A stretch of DNA of 50,868 bases from Candidatus Nanoarchaeia archaeon (GCA_036514715.1 DATBWR010000006.1:1-50868); one strand, 5' to 3'. Shown: positions 25,804 to 37,293, numbered from the stretch's first letter. Translations and numbers: made by a program. Notes: a model not told the origin generated them from the letters alone.

Positions 25804-26410
25804 TTGCTTGTTCGTTTATATCCTGACCAATTTCTTCTCTTGAAGGCAATCTTTTAATTTTGCCCACCAAAGCTTTTCTTTCTAACCATTCAGTTAATTT
25901 TTCCTCATCAATACTGGAAGCTGCTTCTTTAACAAAACCGAAGTTGGCGGCTTTCCCTCGCAAACTGATAACATCGCCCGGCTTTACCTTGTAAGAAGGG
26001 ACGTTAACCCTCTGGCCGTTTACCAAAACATGACCGTGGTTGGTCAACTGCCGAGATTGGGCACGGGAGGCGGCAAACCCAAGACGGTAAACAACGTTAT
26101 CGAGTCTTGTCTCCAGTAGCTGAAGTAGGGTCTCACCAGTGGCTCCCTTTTTCTTAGCCGCTTCTTGATAGTATTTTCTAAATTGTCTTTCTAAAAGTCC
26201 GTACATTCTTTTCACTTTTTGCTTTTCTCTAAGCTGAGATCCATAGTCGGATAGTTTTTTTTTCAACGCCCTCTGCCCATGCTGACCAGGGGGAACAGCC
26301 CCCTTTTTATTAATTGGATGTTTTGGTGAGGCACTTCTTTTGCCTTTCAAGAAAAGGTTCGTTCCTTCTCTTCTATCCAGTCTGAATTTTGGTCCAGTGT
26401 AACGTGCCAT
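25781..26410 (-). CDS. rpsD: 30S ribosomal protein S4
   Basis: PPGQHG, QLREKQK, LETRLDNVVYRLG and IVEFYSR motifs. Confidence 0.98.
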   Translation of the reverse strand: MARYTGPKFRLDRREGTNLFLKGKRSASPKHPINKKGAVPPGQHGQRALKKKLSDYGSQLREKQKVKRMYGLLERQFRKYYQEAAKKKGATGETLLQLLETRLDNVVYRLGFAASRAQSRQLTNHGHVLVNGQRVNVPSYKVKPGDVISLRGKAANFGFVKEAASSIDEEKLTEWLERKALVGKIKRLPSREEIGQDINEQAIVEFYSR

Positions 26411-26484
26411 AATTAATTCTTATTAAATATATCGTGCGCATAAAATTTCATAATATTTTTCGAAATTACCTTTAGCACGATATT

Positions 26485-26859
26485 TTACACTCTCCTTCTT
26501 TTTCTAGATCGCGGTCCGTTGTGGGGTATCGGCGTCACATCCGCGATTGCTTTAATGGCTAGTCCAGAGTTTTTCAGTGCTCGGATCGAAGCGTCTCGGC
26601 CGGAGCCTGGTCCTTTAATAAAAACTTCTACTTCTCTTAAACCTTGGTTCATTAATTTTTTGGCTAAGTTCTCTACTGCCGAGGAAGCCGCGTATGGGGT
26701 TGCTTTGCGCGCGCCTTTAAAACCGACCGCGCCGGCACTACTCCAACCTAAAGCGTTACCAGCTTCATCAGTGATAGTGACGAGAGTGTTGTTAAAAGTC
26801 GCGTTAACGTAAACCTTTCCACTAGTAACTTCTTTAGTTGTTTTATTTTTTTTCTCCAC
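26485..26859 (-). CDS. rpsK: 30S ribosomal protein S11
   Basis: ATFNNTLVT and DVTPIPHNG motifs. Confidence 0.98.
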   Translation of the reverse strand: MEKKNKTTKEVTSGKVYVNATFNNTLVTITDEAGNALGWSSAGAVGFKGARKATPYAASSAVENLAKKLMNQGLREVEVFIKGPGSGRDASIRALKNSGLAIKAIADVTPIPHNGPRSRKRRRV

Positions 26860-26861
26860 GG

Positions 26862-27293
26862 CTATGGTTGTTTACCTCCTGCGGCGGCAGCGTCTTTGGC
26901 TACAGCTGTTTCCAACTTGGCGGCAATTTCTTTCTTAATTGCTCCGACGGTTAGGCGTTTCCCTCGTAGGGTGCGGGCGTTGCTTCTGGTTCTTTGGCCC
27001 CGAGACGGTAAGTTTTTACGGTGTCGTAAACCCCGGTAAGTACCAATCTCTTCCAAACGACGAATGTTTTGTTGAACAATTCTCCTTAAATCACCTTCAA
27101 CCACTATTGAATCCACACCTTTTTGCAATTTAGAGATTTCACTGTCAGAAAGATCTTTAACTCTTTTATCTGAGTCAACCTTTACTTCGTCCAAAATCTT
27201 CTTCGCTAAAGTCGGTCCGATACCGTAAACGTACGGAAGGGCAAAAAGGATTTTTTTATTCGAAGGTAACTCAATTCCACTTATTCTAGCCAT
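26862..27293 (-). CDS. rpsM: 30S ribosomal protein S13
   Basis: YGIGPT and [22 protein letters not shown] motifs. Confidence 0.98.
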   Translation of the reverse strand: MARISGIELPSNKKILFALPYVYGIGPTLAKKILDEVKVDSDKRVKDLSDSEISKLQKGVDSIVVEGDLRRIVQQNIRRLEEIGTYRGLRHRKNLPSRGQRTRSNARTLRGKRLTVGAIKKEIAAKLETAVAKDAAAAGGKQP

Positions 27294-27295
27294 GG

Positions 27296-27409
27296 TTAAC
27301 CTTGCCTCTGCTTGTGGCGAGGGTTGTCACAAATAACAAACAGCACGCCGCGGCGCTTGACAATTTTACACTTTATACAACGTCTTTTGATTGATGCTTG
27401 TACTTTCAT
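27296..27409 (-). CDS. rpmJ: 50S ribosomal protein L36 (Zn-binding form)
   Basis: Not in the track. [37 protein letters not shown]. Confidence 0.97.
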   Translation of the reverse strand: MKVQASIKRRCIKCKIVKRRGVLFVICDNPRHKQRQG

Positions 27410-27420
27410 GTTTGTTTAAA

Positions 27421-27675
27421 CTATCTTTCCCGATACACTATACGACCTTTGGTCAAATCGTAAGGACTAATTTGCACCCGAACATTATCTCCTGGTAAAA
27501 TCCGAATATAATGCATCCGCATTTTTCCGGCTACGTGGCAAAGAATAACTTTGTCAATTAAGCTCTCAGGAGCCTTTTTACCAACCTCCACCCGAAAAAG
27601 GGTGTTCGGTAGGGCCTCTAAAACTTTGCCGACTACTTCAATATTCTCCTGGGCTGTATTATTTTCTTCAACCAT
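27421..27675 (-). CDS. infA: Translation initiation factor IF-1
   Basis: [24 protein letters not shown] and YDLTKGRI motifs. Confidence 0.97.
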   Translation of the reverse strand: MVEENNTAQENIEVVGKVLEALPNTLFRVEVGKKAPESLIDKVILCHVAGKMRMHYIRILPGDNVRVQISPYDLTKGRIVYRER

Positions 27676-27708
27676 AAATCATAAACGAGGGATATTTTAA
27701 CAGAAACC

Positions 27709-28455
27709 TCATTCAGCCGTCAACACTACAGGCCCTTTCCTAGTTACTGCTACTGTTTTCTCAAATAAACCAGCTAGGGAACCGTCGGCGGTGGTAATGG
27801 TCCAGCCGTCGGGTAGCATTACTACCTTTGGTTTGCCCTGGTTGTAAATAACTTCAATCGCAATTACCAAGCCTTCTTCTAAAACCCCTCCCGTACCTCT
27901 CCTTCCCCGACCGGGTATCATCGGGTCTTCATGCAAGGTTTTACCAACTCCATGGCCAACAAGTTCTTTTACCACACTAAAACCTGCCCCCTCGATACTT
28001 TCTTGGATTGTGCTACTGATATCACCAACCCGGTTGCCAACTTTCGCTTGTTCGATCGCCTTCCAAAGTGTTTCTTGCCCAACTTTCAGAAATTTTTCAA
28101 CTTCGGGGGTCACTCTTCCAACTGCAAAGGTTTGGGCCATATCAGAATTGTAGCCACTGAGGCTACACCCAAGATCAATACCGATAATATCTCCTTCTTT
28201 TAGCTTGTAGTCGCTGGGTAAACCATGCACAACCTGCTCATTAGGTGTTACACAAATCGAGTACTGGTAGTTGTCGACTTTCTTGAAAGCAGCCTCTACC
28301 TTGTTTTCTTTAAAAACCCCCTCGACAATATCATCTAATTGTTTGGTTGTTACCCCAGGCCGGATGTTTTTGGCAACTTGCTTCATCGCCAACGCACTGA
28401 TCCTACCAGCTTGCTGCATAACCTCAATTTCCCGTTTGTTTTTTAAGTAGCTCAT
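27709..28455 (-). CDS. map: Methionine aminopeptidase type I
   Basis: VVHGLP, LVGHGVG..LHEDP and AIE motifs; start set at ATG 28455. Confidence 0.96.
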   Translation of the reverse strand: MSYLKNKREIEVMQQAGRISALAMKQVAKNIRPGVTTKQLDDIVEGVFKENKVEAAFKKVDNYQYSICVTPNEQVVHGLPSDYKLKEGDIIGIDLGCSLSGYNSDMAQTFAVGRVTPEVEKFLKVGQETLWKAIEQAKVGNRVGDISSTIQESIEGAGFSVVKELVGHGVGKTLHEDPMIPGRGRRGTGGVLEEGLVIAIEVIYNQGKPKVVMLPDGWTITTADGSLAGLFEKTVAVTRKGPVVLTAE

Positions 28456-28969
28456 CAATTTCCTTTTGCACCTCTTCGATCGGTGGTTCGTTGCTGACAA
28501 CAAAGATAGGTATGCCACTTTTTTTATAGTACTCAATAACCGGCAAAGTTTTTTCTTTGAATAACTTCAACCGTTGGTGAATTATTTCGAGACTATCATC
28601 GTGGCGCCCACGTTTGTGTAACCTCTCAACAGCTGTTTTTTCGCCTAAAACAAATTCAAAGACCATACTAACCGGATAAGGAACCAATTCCACTTGTGAG
28701 GTAGTTCTAGGAAAGCCCTCCAACACAAAGCTATCCTTTATTTGATTATCATCCAAATACTTTTTAAAGGCATCAACTGTAATGTCGTCAGGAACAATAA
28801 AACCTTTGGATATTAAGTCTTTGACCTTGCGGCCCAACTCGGTAGGCTCTTCCTGTATCTTCCTCAGAATTTCTCCGGTCGAAACGTAGGGTAGACCTAG
28901 TTTATTCGCAATGTAATGTGCGTGAGTGGTTTTCCCAGAACCTTGACTGCCAAAAACTAAAATTATCAT
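28424..28969 (-). CDS. adk: Adenylate kinase (short LID)
   Basis: [21 protein letters not shown] and RGRHDD motifs; follows secY. Confidence 0.9.
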   Translation of the reverse strand: MIILVFGSQGSGKTTHAHYIANKLGLPYVSTGEILRKIQEEPTELGRKVKDLISKGFIVPDDITVDAFKKYLDDNQIKDSFVLEGFPRTTSQVELVPYPVSMVFEFVLGEKTAVERLHKRGRHDDSLEIIHQRLKLFKEKTLPVIEYYKKSGIPIFVVSNEPPIEEVQKEIDELLKKQTGN

Positions 28970-30246
28970 CGGTTTAGGAAACCCTCATAGGAACGCATAA
29001 CCAGTTGGGATTCAAGCTGTTTGGTAGTTTCCAAGACTACTGAGACTACGATTAACAGCCCAGTACCACCAAAAGCAACCACACTGATGTTGGTAATTTC
29101 TTGCATGACAAAGGGCAAAACTGCGATTGTTCCTAAAAAGACAGCGCCAACCAAAGTAATTCGATTAACAATAAAAGAAAGGTAGTCAGCGGTAGCTCTG
29201 CCGGGTCGAATACCAGGAACAAAACCGCCATACTTTTTAATTTCGTCGGAAACTTTAGTTGGGTTAAAAATTACCGAAGTGTAGAAATAGGTAAAAATCA
29301 CCACCAAAACAAAGTAAACGCTGCTGTAAGCGGGCACGTTTTGCGAAAAACCTACTAGGGCATCGGCAATGCTTTTAGTCACCCCAGAAGAATTAGATAA
29401 AAGCGTACCAAAAACCCCTGGGAGTAGTATTAAAGAAACCGCAAAGATAATTGGGATCACCCCAGCCTGGTTAATCCGGATCGGCAAATGGGTTGTTTGC
29501 CCTCCGTATAACCGGTTTCCTCGTATCCGCCGAGCGTATTGCACCAAAATTTTTCTTTGACCTTCAGTCCCAATTACCACACCCATAATTATGAAGAGCC
29601 CGGCAACAAGCAAAGCGGCAAAGGTTAAGATGTTTTCCGCGTTAATTACTTGTGCAGACTGCCCAACGGTAACCGGAAGCCTTCCGACAATACCCACAAA
29701 AATCAGCATAGAAATACCGTTACCAAGGCCGTGTTCGGTAATTAATTCACCCAGCCACATAATTAAAATTGTCCCGGCCGTCATTGTGAGCATAATGGCC
29801 AGTGTTTCAAGTAAATTTAATTTACCAATCACCCCGGTTTCGCCTCTTGTAAGGAAGGTTATCACCGCATAAGATTGGACAAAAGCCAAAGGTACTGTCA
29901 AATAACGCGTGTATTGGTTGATCTTGGCCCGGCCGTACTCACCTTCTTTTTGCAGTTCCTCAATTTTTGGGACAACCATTCCTAAAAGCTGCATGACAAT
30001 TGAGGCGTTGATGTAAGGGTTCAAACCCAGAGCAATAATAGAAAAATTGAATAAAGTACCGCCGGTAAACAAATCGAGCAGTTGCAAAAGTTGGCTGCCG
30101 GAGAAAAGGTTTTTTAAAGCATCGGGATCAACTCCAGGAACAGGGACGTGGGCAATCAGTCTAAAAACAAAAATGATGCCCAGGGTAAAAAGGACCTTAT
30201 TGCGTAAATCCGGCGTTCTTAAAATATCCTGCAAGATCTTAAACAT
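28966..30246 (-). CDS. secY: Preprotein translocase subunit SecY
   Basis: [25 protein letters not shown]-like VPGIRPG and GGTGLLIVV motifs; start set at ATG 30246. Confidence 0.98.
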   Translation of the reverse strand: MFKILQDILRTPDLRNKVLFTLGIIFVFRLIAHVPVPGVDPDALKNLFSGSQLLQLLDLFTGGTLFNFSIIALGLNPYINASIVMQLLGMVVPKIEELQKEGEYGRAKINQYTRYLTVPLAFVQSYAVITFLTRGETGVIGKLNLLETLAIMLTMTAGTILIMWLGELITEHGLGNGISMLIFVGIVGRLPVTVGQSAQVINAENILTFAALLVAGLFIIMGVVIGTEGQRKILVQYARRIRGNRLYGGQTTHLPIRINQAGVIPIIFAVSLILLPGVFGTLLSNSSGVTKSIADALVGFSQNVPAYSSVYFVLVVIFTYFYTSVIFNPTKVSDEIKKYGGFVPGIRPGRATADYLSFIVNRITLVGAVFLGTIAVLPFVMQEITNISVVAFGGTGLLIVVSVVLETTKQLESQLVMRSYEGFLNR

Positions 30247-30709
30247 TAACAGCCGCTTCCTTCCGTTCCACGAGAGACTCAACAACTTCACCTTTTGCTT
30301 TTTCAATTAATTTTTTAGCTTCCCGAGTTGTTTTTACTTTTACTGTAAGTGGTTGGGTAAGCCCGCCCTTGGCGACAATTTTCACAATACTTGGGAGGGC
30401 GGTTTTGCCGATCAAACCTTTTTTGATTAAGGATCCAATATCAACTGTTTCATGGGCCTTGTAAACTTTAAGTTGGTCTAAAGTTACTACTAGAGAGCCC
30501 TTTGCAGGAGCGTTACCAACACCTCTTTTAAAAGGTAGGCGTTTGATGAGGGGAAGTTGCCCACCTTCAAAACCAAGTCGGACTTTGCCACGGGCTTTTT
30601 GGCCTTTGCTGCCTCGTCCCGCAGTTTTTCCTTTTCCGGAAGATTCTCCACGACCAACCCGCTTTTTAGCTTTTATATTCTTTATTTTTAATAAGTTGTT
30701 TAGTTCCAT
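30239..30709 (-). CDS. rplO: 50S ribosomal protein L15
   Basis: [15 protein letters not shown] and FEGGQLPL motifs. Confidence 0.97.
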   Translation of the reverse strand: MELNNLLKIKNIKAKKRVGRGESSGKGKTAGRGSKGQKARGKVRLGFEGGQLPLIKRLPFKRGVGNAPAKGSLVVTLDQLKVYKAHETVDIGSLIKKGLIGKTALPSIVKIVAKGGLTQPLTVKVKTTREAKKLIEKAKGEVVESLVERKEAAVNV

Positions 30710-30730
30710 ATTACTTGCCTACTTGCCGAC

Positions 30731-31216
30731 TTATTTTTCGTCTTTCTCTTTTTCCTTCTTGGTTTCTTCCAAACTAGGTCTTAACCGACGTAAGGCGTCC
30801 ATGGTTGCGTAAACATTTGAAGCTTTGTTGGATGTACCTAAAACTTTGGAAAGAATATCGTGGATACCAGCTGCATCTGCAACCGCCCGAACTGCTCCAC
30901 CGGCAATTACTCCGGTACCCACTGAAGCAGGCTTCAACATTATCCTAGCTGCACCTAATTTCACATTAACTGGGTGGGGTATAGTTGTTCCTTTCATGGG
31001 AACGGTGATCAAATGTTTTTTGGCGTAAGTAACTGCCTTTTTGATGGACGATTGGACATCAGGGGCTTTACCCAAACCTACTCCCACTTGGCCTTTTTGG
31101 TCCCCAACCACAACCAGTACGGAAAAACCAATTTTGTTACCGCCTTTGGTTTTTTTAGAAACCCGGTTAACCTGAATAATTTTTTCTTTAAATTCGCTTT
31201 CTTCAAAATAACGCAT
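30731..31216 (-). CDS. rpsE: 30S ribosomal protein S5
   Basis: RVSKKTKGG and GTGVIAGG motifs. Confidence 0.98.
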   Translation of the reverse strand: MRYFEESEFKEKIIQVNRVSKKTKGGNKIGFSVLVVVGDQKGQVGVGLGKAPDVQSSIKKAVTYAKKHLITVPMKGTTIPHPVNVKLGAARIMLKPASVGTGVIAGGAVRAVADAAGIHDILSKVLGTSNKASNVYATMDALRRLRPSLEETKKEKEKDEK

Positions 31217-31217
31217 C

Positions 31218-31565
31218 TTAGAAGTTTAAACCTCCTGCTCGGGCACCTTCTGCCAAAGCTTTCACCCGACCGTGGTATAAGTAGCCAGCCCGATCAAAAA
31301 CTACTTTACTGATTTTTTCTTTTTTAGCTTTTTCAGCCAGCAGCTTTCCGACACTTTCAGCTTTCTCGGTCTTAGTTAAATTCTTGTTTTCTAAATTTTT
31401 GTCTGAAACCGAAAGAATGGTTTTACCAACCGCATCATCAACCAACATTCCGTAAATGTGTAGGTTGGAGCGGAAAACTACTAATCTTGGCCGCTCTTGG
31501 CTTCCTTTGACTTTTGATCTAATTTTTAGATGTCTTTTTGCTTTTCTTTCACTTTTCTTTTTCAT
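31218..31565 (-). CDS. rplR: 50S ribosomal protein L18
   Basis: RPRLVVFRSN and FDRAGYLYHGRV motifs. Confidence 0.98.
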   Translation of the reverse strand: MKKKSERKAKRHLKIRSKVKGSQERPRLVVFRSNLHIYGMLVDDAVGKTILSVSDKNLENKNLTKTEKAESVGKLLAEKAKKEKISKVVFDRAGYLYHGRVKALAEGARAGGLNF

Positions 31566-31567
31566 TT

Positions 31568-32116
31568 TTAAGCAGTCCCAACCGCTTTAGCAGCTTTACC
31601 AGCTTTTCTTCTAATCACTTCGCCTTCGTATTTGATACCTTTACCTTTGTAAGGTTCTGCTTTGCGCACTTTTCTAATTCTACTGGCTATTTCGCCCACT
31701 AAAGCCTTGTCAATGCCAGAAACAGTGATTTTGTTCTCGGCCACCCGAAAACTAATCCCGCTGGGAGCCTCGACTTCAACTGGGTGAGAAAAACCGATGT
31801 TCAAAACTAATTTTTGGCCCTCAACAGAAGCTCTGAACCCAACCCCAGAAAGTTCCAGAGTTTTTTCAAAACCTTTTTCCACACCTTCGACCATATTAGC
31901 AACAAGAGTCCGGGTTAAACCGTGAATTGCTTTTGCGCGGTCGCTATCGTCTCTACGTTCAATAGTAACTACTCCGGGAACTAAAGTGGCTTTAACTTCT
32001 TCTGCTAAACGAAGGGTCAGTTGCCCTTTTGGGCCGACAACTTTAACAGTCGAGCCTTCTTGGCTGACTTGAACTCCTGCTTCATATTTAACTGGCAGCT
32101 TTCCAATTTTGCTCAT
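31568..32116 (-). CDS. rplF: 50S ribosomal protein L6
   Basis: MSKIGKLP and EPYKGKG motifs; start set at ATG 32116. Confidence 0.98.
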   Translation of the reverse strand: MSKIGKLPVKYEAGVQVSQEGSTVKVVGPKGQLTLRLAEEVKATLVPGVVTIERRDDSDRAKAIHGLTRTLVANMVEGVEKGFEKTLELSGVGFRASVEGQKLVLNIGFSHPVEVEAPSGISFRVAENKITVSGIDKALVGEIASRIRKVRKAEPYKGKGIKYEGEVIRRKAGKAAKAVGTA

Positions 32117-32120
32117 GATT

Positions 32121-32510
32121 TTACCAAACCTCACAGATTATTTCCCCGCCGACCTGCTTTTTCCTGGCCTCTTTATCAGTAAGCAGTCCAACGTTAGTAG
32201 AAATAATCGCATGGCCTAAACCTCCGTAGACGCCTTGAAGATGTTTTTTTCCACGATAAATTCTCAAGCCCGGCTTGGAAACTCTTTTCAGACCTTCAAT
32301 CTCCGGCCGGCCTTTTTCGTAATGCAAGTCAATTTTGATAACTTTCCGCTGACCGTCTTGGTCTTCTTCAACTTTACTTAGATAGCCGAGGGTCTGGAGT
32401 TTGTCGGCTAAAGTTCTTTTAAGTTTAGAATAGGGAACAACTACCTCATTTTTGGAGGCTAAATACCCGTTTCTAATACTAGTTAACATGTCTGCAATTG
32501 GATCAGTCAT
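32121..32510 (-). CDS. rpsH: 30S ribosomal protein S8
   Basis: MTDPIADML and SKPGLRIY motifs. Confidence 0.98.
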   Translation of the reverse strand: MTDPIADMLTSIRNGYLASKNEVVVPYSKLKRTLADKLQTLGYLSKVEEDQDGQRKVIKIDLHYEKGRPEIEGLKRVSKPGLRIYRGKKHLQGVYGGLGHAIISTNVGLLTDKEARKKQVGGEIICEVW

Positions 32511-32515
32511 AGAAA

Positions 32516-32701
32516 TTACCAACTTGCCTTGATAACACCAGGCAATTCTCCTTTATGGGCAAGTTTCCTAAAACAAATTCTGCACACTCCAAATTTTCTC
32601 ATGTAGGCCCGAGACCGGCCGCAAATACCACAGCGGTTTTTCGCCCGTGACGAAAATTTAGGTTCCTTTTTTGCTTTTACAATCATTGCAAGTCTAGCCA
32701 T
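32516..32701 (-). CDS. rpsN: 30S ribosomal protein S14 type Z
   Basis: RCGICGR...CRICFR four-Cys zinc form. Confidence 0.97.
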   Translation of the reverse strand: MARLAMIVKAKKEPKFSSRAKNRCGICGRSRAYMRKFGVCRICFRKLAHKGELPGVIKASW

Positions 32702-32706
32702 CTGTT

Positions 32707-33252
32707 TTAACTCCTTATTTTTCTAAAAGGGATTCCTACCCCTTCAAGTAAGGCTTTTGCCTTCTCGTTGGTTTTAGCGTTAGTTACCAAAGTGACTTCA
32801 ACACCCCCTTGAAGCTCTCCTTTCGAAAACTCAATTTCCGGAAAAACGGTTAGTTCTTTAAAGCCTAAGGTGTAATTCCCGGCTCCGTCAAAAGAAGTTT
32901 CGCTGACTCCACGGAAATCGCGCACTCTGGGCAAAACTACAGCGGTAAGCTTATCTAGAAAGTCATACATTTTTCGACCCCGCAGCGTAACTTGGGCACC
33001 AACTGGTTGCCCGGCTCGTATCTTAAAAGAGGCGATCGCTTTTTTTGCAGCTCGTACCGAAGGTTTTTGACCAGTGATACGGTTTAAGTTAACCATAATC
33101 TGCCCCCAAGCTTTTTCATCGCTAGCCAGCTTTCCGAAACCTGTGTTGACCACCACTTTAGTAATTTTTGGCACTGCGAGAGTATTACCTATTGAAAAGG
33201 TTTTTTGCAAAGCCTCTTTTACTTGTTGGTTATACTTTTCTTTTACTAACAT
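32707..33252 (-). CDS. rplE: 50S ribosomal protein L5
   Basis: ITGQKP and LPRVRDFRG motifs. Confidence 0.98.
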   Translation of the reverse strand: MLVKEKYNQQVKEALQKTFSIGNTLAVPKITKVVVNTGFGKLASDEKAWGQIMVNLNRITGQKPSVRAAKKAIASFKIRAGQPVGAQVTLRGRKMYDFLDKLTAVVLPRVRDFRGVSETSFDGAGNYTLGFKELTVFPEIEFSKGELQGGVEVTLVTNAKTNEKAKALLEGVGIPFRKIRS

Positions 33253-33564
33253 TTAGTCCACCATTTGATCACATTTTTTGCAAATGCGAGCCTTTTTATC
33301 TGCCTTGATAACATAGCCGACCCGTGTGGGCAACTTACACTTTGGACAAGTAAAAGTAACGTTGGCTACTGCAATTGGCTTAACAATATCAATTATTCCA
33401 CCACGCTTGCTTGTTCCAGAGCTCTTCAGATTTCGTTTGTACAAATTAATCCCGGTTACTACAACCCGCGCTTCGCGTGGCAAAACCCGCTCAATTTTTC
33501 CGCTTTTTCCCTTGTCTTTACCGGCCGTTATTAAAACTTGATCACCAACTTTAAGCTTTAGCAT
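33253..33564 (-). CDS. rplX: 50S ribosomal protein L24
   Basis: KOW motif GDQVLITAGKDKGK. Confidence 0.97.
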   Translation of the reverse strand: MLKLKVGDQVLITAGKDKGKSGKIERVLPREARVVVTGINLYKRNLKSSGTSKRGGIIDIVKPIAVANVTFTCPKCKLPTRVGYVIKADKKARICKKCDQMVD

Positions 33565-33932
33565 TAAACTACCTCCGGAGCTAAAGAAACAATTTTTAAA
33601 AATCCTGACTCTCTTATTTCCCGAGCAACTGGGCCAAAAATTCGCGTTCCCCGAGGATTACCGCTTGAATCAATTATCACCGCCGCGTTATCGTCAAAGC
33701 GTACGTAAGAACCGTCGGCTCGTCTGGTCTCTTTACTAGCGCGTACCAAAACTGCCTTCACTATTTCTGACTCTTTTACTGCTCCGTTTGCGTCGGCTTT
33801 TTTAACTACCGCGGTAATCACTTGGCCAAGCCCAGCAAAATGCTGACGGCTTCTGGCGGGTTGGCCAATCATCATCAAACTTTTGGCCCCGCTATTATCT
33901 GCGACATTAAGAAGAGTGCGATGTTGGATCAT
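33564..33932 (-). CDS. rplN: 50S ribosomal protein L14
   Basis: [15 protein letters not shown] and [11 protein letters not shown] motifs. Confidence 0.98.
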   Translation of the reverse strand: MIQHRTLLNVADNSGAKSLMMIGQPARSRQHFAGLGQVITAVVKKADANGAVKESEIVKAVLVRASKETRRADGSYVRFDDNAAVIIDSSGNPRGTRIFGPVAREIRESGFLKIVSLAPEVV

Positions 33933-34168
33933 TTTTTCACTACCCCTCTCTCGGTAATCACTTTTTTAACTATAAAGTTCTTAGTTTTTGAAAAAGGCTT
34001 AGTTTGCCCCAGTTCCACAATATTTCCAATCTCCACCGGTAACTCGTTGTGAGCTGAGAGTTTCTTAGTGCGCTTCATCCTTTTTTTGTAAATAGGATGT
34101 ACAACCCATCTTTCGATTTCAACAACAACGGTTTTATTCATTTTGGTACTAACAACTTTACCCTGCAT
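33929..34168 (-). CDS. rpsQ: 30S ribosomal protein S17
   Basis: [14 protein letters not shown]...HPIYKK motif. Confidence 0.97.
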   Translation of the reverse strand: MQGKVVSTKMNKTVVVEIERWVVHPIYKKRMKRTKKLSAHNELPVEIGNIVELGQTKPFSKTKNFIVKKVITERGVVKK

Positions 34169-34358
34169 TAGTCAACTCCTTAGCTCGTATAAAAGTTAAA
34201 ATAGAGGCAATTTCCTTTTTCTTGTGGGCGATACTTTTAACGTTCTTAAGCTTCCTCTGAGCATTTTCTGCTCTTAAATTAATTAGTTCCTTCCGAGCCT
34301 CTTTCAGGCTTTTTTGTAATTCTGTTATTGAACTAACCTTTAACTCATCTTTTTTCAC
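34158..34358 (-). CDS. rpmC: 50S ribosomal protein L29
   Basis: Position between rplP and rpsQ; ELINLR...KKEIASILT. Confidence 0.93.
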   Translation of the reverse strand: MKKDELKVSSITELQKSLKEARKELINLRAENAQRKLKNVKSIAHKKKEIASILTFIRAKELTNAG

Positions 34359-34772
34359 CTAAAGGTTACTCCGATCCACAAAACGGGTACCAAGAGGAAT
34401 TTTCCTACCAGCTAGCCTCATTGCTTCTTCAGCTACCTCTTTGGAAATACCACCCATTTCAAAAAGAACAGTTCCCGGTTTAACTACGGCTACGTAGTGG
34501 TCAGTGGCACCTTTTCCTGACCCCATTCTGGTTTCCGGTGGTTTTTTACTAACCGGCTTATCAGGAAAAACCCTAATCCAAATTCTCCCGCCTCTTTTGG
34601 TGTGATGAGTCATAGCACGGCGAGCTGCTTCGATTTGACGGGCGGAAATCCAACCAGCACTTAGGACTTTAAGCCCAAACTCACCAAACTCCACGTTAGC
34701 ACCACGTGTAGCCACACCTGCCCGCGCTCCTCGAAAAGCTCGTCTGTATTTAACTCTTTTGGGTTGCAACAT
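34359..34772 (-). CDS. rplP: 50S ribosomal protein L16
   Basis: [16 protein letters not shown] and RMGSGKG motifs. Confidence 0.98.
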   Translation of the reverse strand: MLQPKRVKYRRAFRGARAGVATRGANVEFGEFGLKVLSAGWISARQIEAARRAMTHHTKRGGRIWIRVFPDKPVSKKPPETRMGSGKGATDHYVAVVKPGTVLFEMGGISKEVAEEAMRLAGRKIPLGTRFVDRSNL

Positions 34773-34779
34773 TACTAGC

Positions 34780-35442
34780 CTACCTTCTGATGAAAGAGGT
34801 ATCGCTTACCTCTTCCTTAGCTTCAGGTTTATAAATCCACACTTTAACTCCAGTCACCCCGGCAGTTAAAGTTTTGGCTGGAACACACGCATAATCAATG
34901 TCGGCTCGCAAAGTGTGCAGCGGGATAGACCCTGTTACTCTTTTTTCGTAGCGGGCAATTTCAGATCCACCCAACCGTCCCGAACAAATTATTTTTACAC
35001 CACGGGCCCCGCTTCTCATCACTCGATCGGCTGCCTGTACCATAATTCTTTTTACACCCATTCTTTTTTCAATCTGATCAGCGAGACTCCGGGCGACTAA
35101 ATAGGAATTTAAGTCCGGGCGCTTAATTTCTTCCACGTTGATTGAAATCTTCTCTCCGGTTAACTTTTCAAGGTTTTTTCGAAGCTCTTCAATACCTGAT
35201 CCACTTCTACCAATCACCACACCGGGACGGGAAACAAAGACAGTTATACTGAGCTTATTGATCGACCTTTCAATTAAAACCCGGGCGACACCGGCAACTT
35301 TAAGTTTTTCCATAACAAACTCTCTAATTTTGATATCGCTTGCCAAAAGCTCTTTATAGCGATTTTTGCCCGCAAACCAGCGGCTGCTCCAATCGCGATT
35401 TATTCCTAACCTAAAGGCTAGTGGATTAACTTTCTGACCCAT
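34780..35442 (-). CDS. rpsC: 30S ribosomal protein S3
   Basis: [15 protein letters not shown] and [11 protein letters not shown] motifs. Confidence 0.98.
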   Translation of the reverse strand: MGQKVNPLAFRLGINRDWSSRWFAGKNRYKELLASDIKIREFVMEKLKVAGVARVLIERSINKLSITVFVSRPGVVIGRSGSGIEELRKNLEKLTGEKISINVEEIKRPDLNSYLVARSLADQIEKRMGVKRIMVQAADRVMRSGARGVKIICSGRLGGSEIARYEKRVTGSIPLHTLRADIDYACVPAKTLTAGVTGVKVWIYKPEAKEEVSDTSFIRR

Positions 35443-35778
35443 CTAGTTTGCTCCTTCCAAAACCACCTTGATGTGAGAACTTTTCTTCACAATCGGGTGG
35501 GCCATACCTCGGCTCCTCGGCCGAAATCTTTTTAAATCTTGACCTTCGTTAACGATAACTTCTTTGATAATTAACTTTTTTTCGTCCAACTTATTATTTT
35601 GGGTAGCGTTAGCAATCGCCGATTTTAATACTTTCGCAATTTGCATTCCGGCTTTTTTAGGCTCAAACCTTAGTGTTTCCAAAACAGCCGCAGCCGACCT
35701 ACCACTTAAGGTTTTAGCTACCAAACGCGCCTTGCGGGTAGAAATTCTGGCATTTTTTGCTTCTGCGACAACTAACAT
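35443..35778 (-). CDS. rplV: 50S ribosomal protein L22
   Basis: RISTRKARLV, SAIANA and RPRSRG motifs. Confidence 0.97.
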   Translation of the reverse strand: MLVVAEAKNARISTRKARLVAKTLSGRSAAAVLETLRFEPKKAGMQIAKVLKSAIANATQNNKLDEKKLIIKEVIVNEGQDLKRFRPRSRGMAHPIVKKSSHIKVVLEGAN

Positions 35779-35783
35779 AAGCT

Positions 35784-36068
35784 TTAAGTGGGCGAAATTG
35801 TCCGCTCGGTCACCCTTCCATGACTTCTGAACGTTCTGGTTGGCGCAAACTCACCCAAGCGGTGGCCAACCATAGGTTCAGTTATAAAAACATTTATAAA
35901 GTTCTTGCCGTTATGAATGCTCAAGGTCAGCCCCACCATTTCCGGAGAAATCTGGGAAGCTCTGGCCCAAGTTTTAATCGGCGTACGGGCGTCTTCGCTT
36001 TTGGCTTTTTTCACTTTTTCCATTAGCTTGGTATCTAAGTAAGGGCCCTTCTTCAAAGATCGGCTCAT
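35784..36068 (-). CDS. rpsS: 30S ribosomal protein S19
   Basis: MSRSLKKGP and [11 protein letters not shown] motifs. Confidence 0.98.
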   Translation of the reverse strand: MSRSLKKGPYLDTKLMEKVKKAKSEDARTPIKTWARASQISPEMVGLTLSIHNGKNFINVFITEPMVGHRLGEFAPTRTFRSHGRVTERTISPT

Positions 36069-36892
36069 GAGCGTTTCCTTTCAGTAACAATCATCTTGTT
36101 ACCACGTCTTGCTTTTCGCGTTTTCTTGAAAGCCTTTTTACCCCAAGGAGTTTTAGGCGAGCTCATACCGATACCACTTCTTCCTTCTCCGCCACCATGA
36201 GGATGGGAGTCTGGGTTCATAGCTACCCCGCGGACGGTAGGACGGATACCCATGCGACGACGTCTCCCGGCCGTTCCAAAAGTAATGTTTTTCCAATCCG
36301 GGTTGCTTAAAGTACCCATAGTTGCCAGACTGTTTAAACTAACCCGTCGGATCTCGGTCGAAGGCAACCTCAAATGAGCGAAGTTTTCCTCTTTAGCCAT
36401 TAAGGTGGCTGAGGATCCTGCCGATCTCACGATCGCGCCGCCTTTTCCCGGAATAAGTTCGATATTGTGCACTACTGTCCCAATCGGAATGTTCTTCAAA
36501 GGCATAGCATTGCCGGTTTTAACTTCCACTTTCTCGCCCGAAACAACTTCGTCGCCAATTTCTAGTCCGAAGGGGGCTAAAATATAACGTTTTTCACCGT
36601 CCGAATAGTTAATCTGGGCGATAAAAGTGGATCGGTTAGGATCGTATTCTAAGGACATCACTTTACCCGGAACGTCAAACTTGTCTCGTTTGAAGTCAAC
36701 AGTTCTATAAAGACGCTTGTGACGGCCGCCAATATGGCGGGTACTAACATGTCCGGAACTGTCACGACCGCCGGTTTTAGTCAGCACGGAAGTTAAGGAT
36801 TTAACCTTCTTTTTTCTAGAGCTTGTTTCTTCTCTGACAGCAGTCATGAAACGTCGCCCGGGAGTTGTACCGCCTAGTCGTTTAATAGCCAT
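36065..36892 (-). CDS. rplB: 50S ribosomal protein L2
   Basis: YDPNRS and [16 protein letters not shown] motifs. Confidence 0.98.
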   Translation of the reverse strand: MAIKRLGGTTPGRRFMTAVREETSSRKKKVKSLTSVLTKTGGRDSSGHVSTRHIGGRHKRLYRTVDFKRDKFDVPGKVMSLEYDPNRSTFIAQINYSDGEKRYILAPFGLEIGDEVVSGEKVEVKTGNAMPLKNIPIGTVVHNIELIPGKGGAIVRSAGSSATLMAKEENFAHLRLPSTEIRRVSLNSLATMGTLSNPDWKNITFGTAGRRRRMGIRPTVRGVAMNPDSHPHGGGEGRSGIGMSSPKTPWGKKAFKKTRKARRGNKMIVTERKRS

Positions 36893-36989
36893 TTTCGTCT
36901 TCGAAAATATCGACCGTAATATAAATTTTTACTATCTTCTTAGATTGCATCCTGTTTCTCAAAAACAACTTCTTGGTCGATATAATTTC

Positions 36990-37289
36990 TCATTTGCTTT
37001 CCTTCACTTCAAAAATATCAATTTTCTGCTCTTTCCCTACCTTCACTGTCGCTTTTTTAACCGGTCCAAGTTTTGCCCTTCGAGAAGTACGCAAAATTCG
37101 CCTGTGCCGGTTTTTAATTACTCGTGTCTTTATCCTAACTACGTCAACTTCGTACATTTCCTTGACTGCCTTGGCGATTTCGGCTTTGGTTGCTTTTTTA
37201 TCAACCTCAAAAGTATACTCGCCACCCTCGGCTTCACTTAAGGCTTTCTCGGTAATCACTGGTTTTTTTATCACTTTCAAACTTTGCAT
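36990..37289 (-). CDS. rplW: 50S ribosomal protein L23
   Basis: KPVITEKA, YTFEVD..ATKAEI and KKATV motifs. Confidence 0.96.
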   Translation of the reverse strand: MQSLKVIKKPVITEKALSEAEGGEYTFEVDKKATKAEIAKAVKEMYEVDVVRIKTRVIKNRHRRILRTSRRAKLGPVKKATVKVGKEQKIDIFEVKESK

Positions 37290-37293
37290 TCTT

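Noticed and set aside
30710-30730. Absence of rpmD (L30) as a novelty
   Set aside because: It is a known general feature of CPR; used only as taxonomic evidence.
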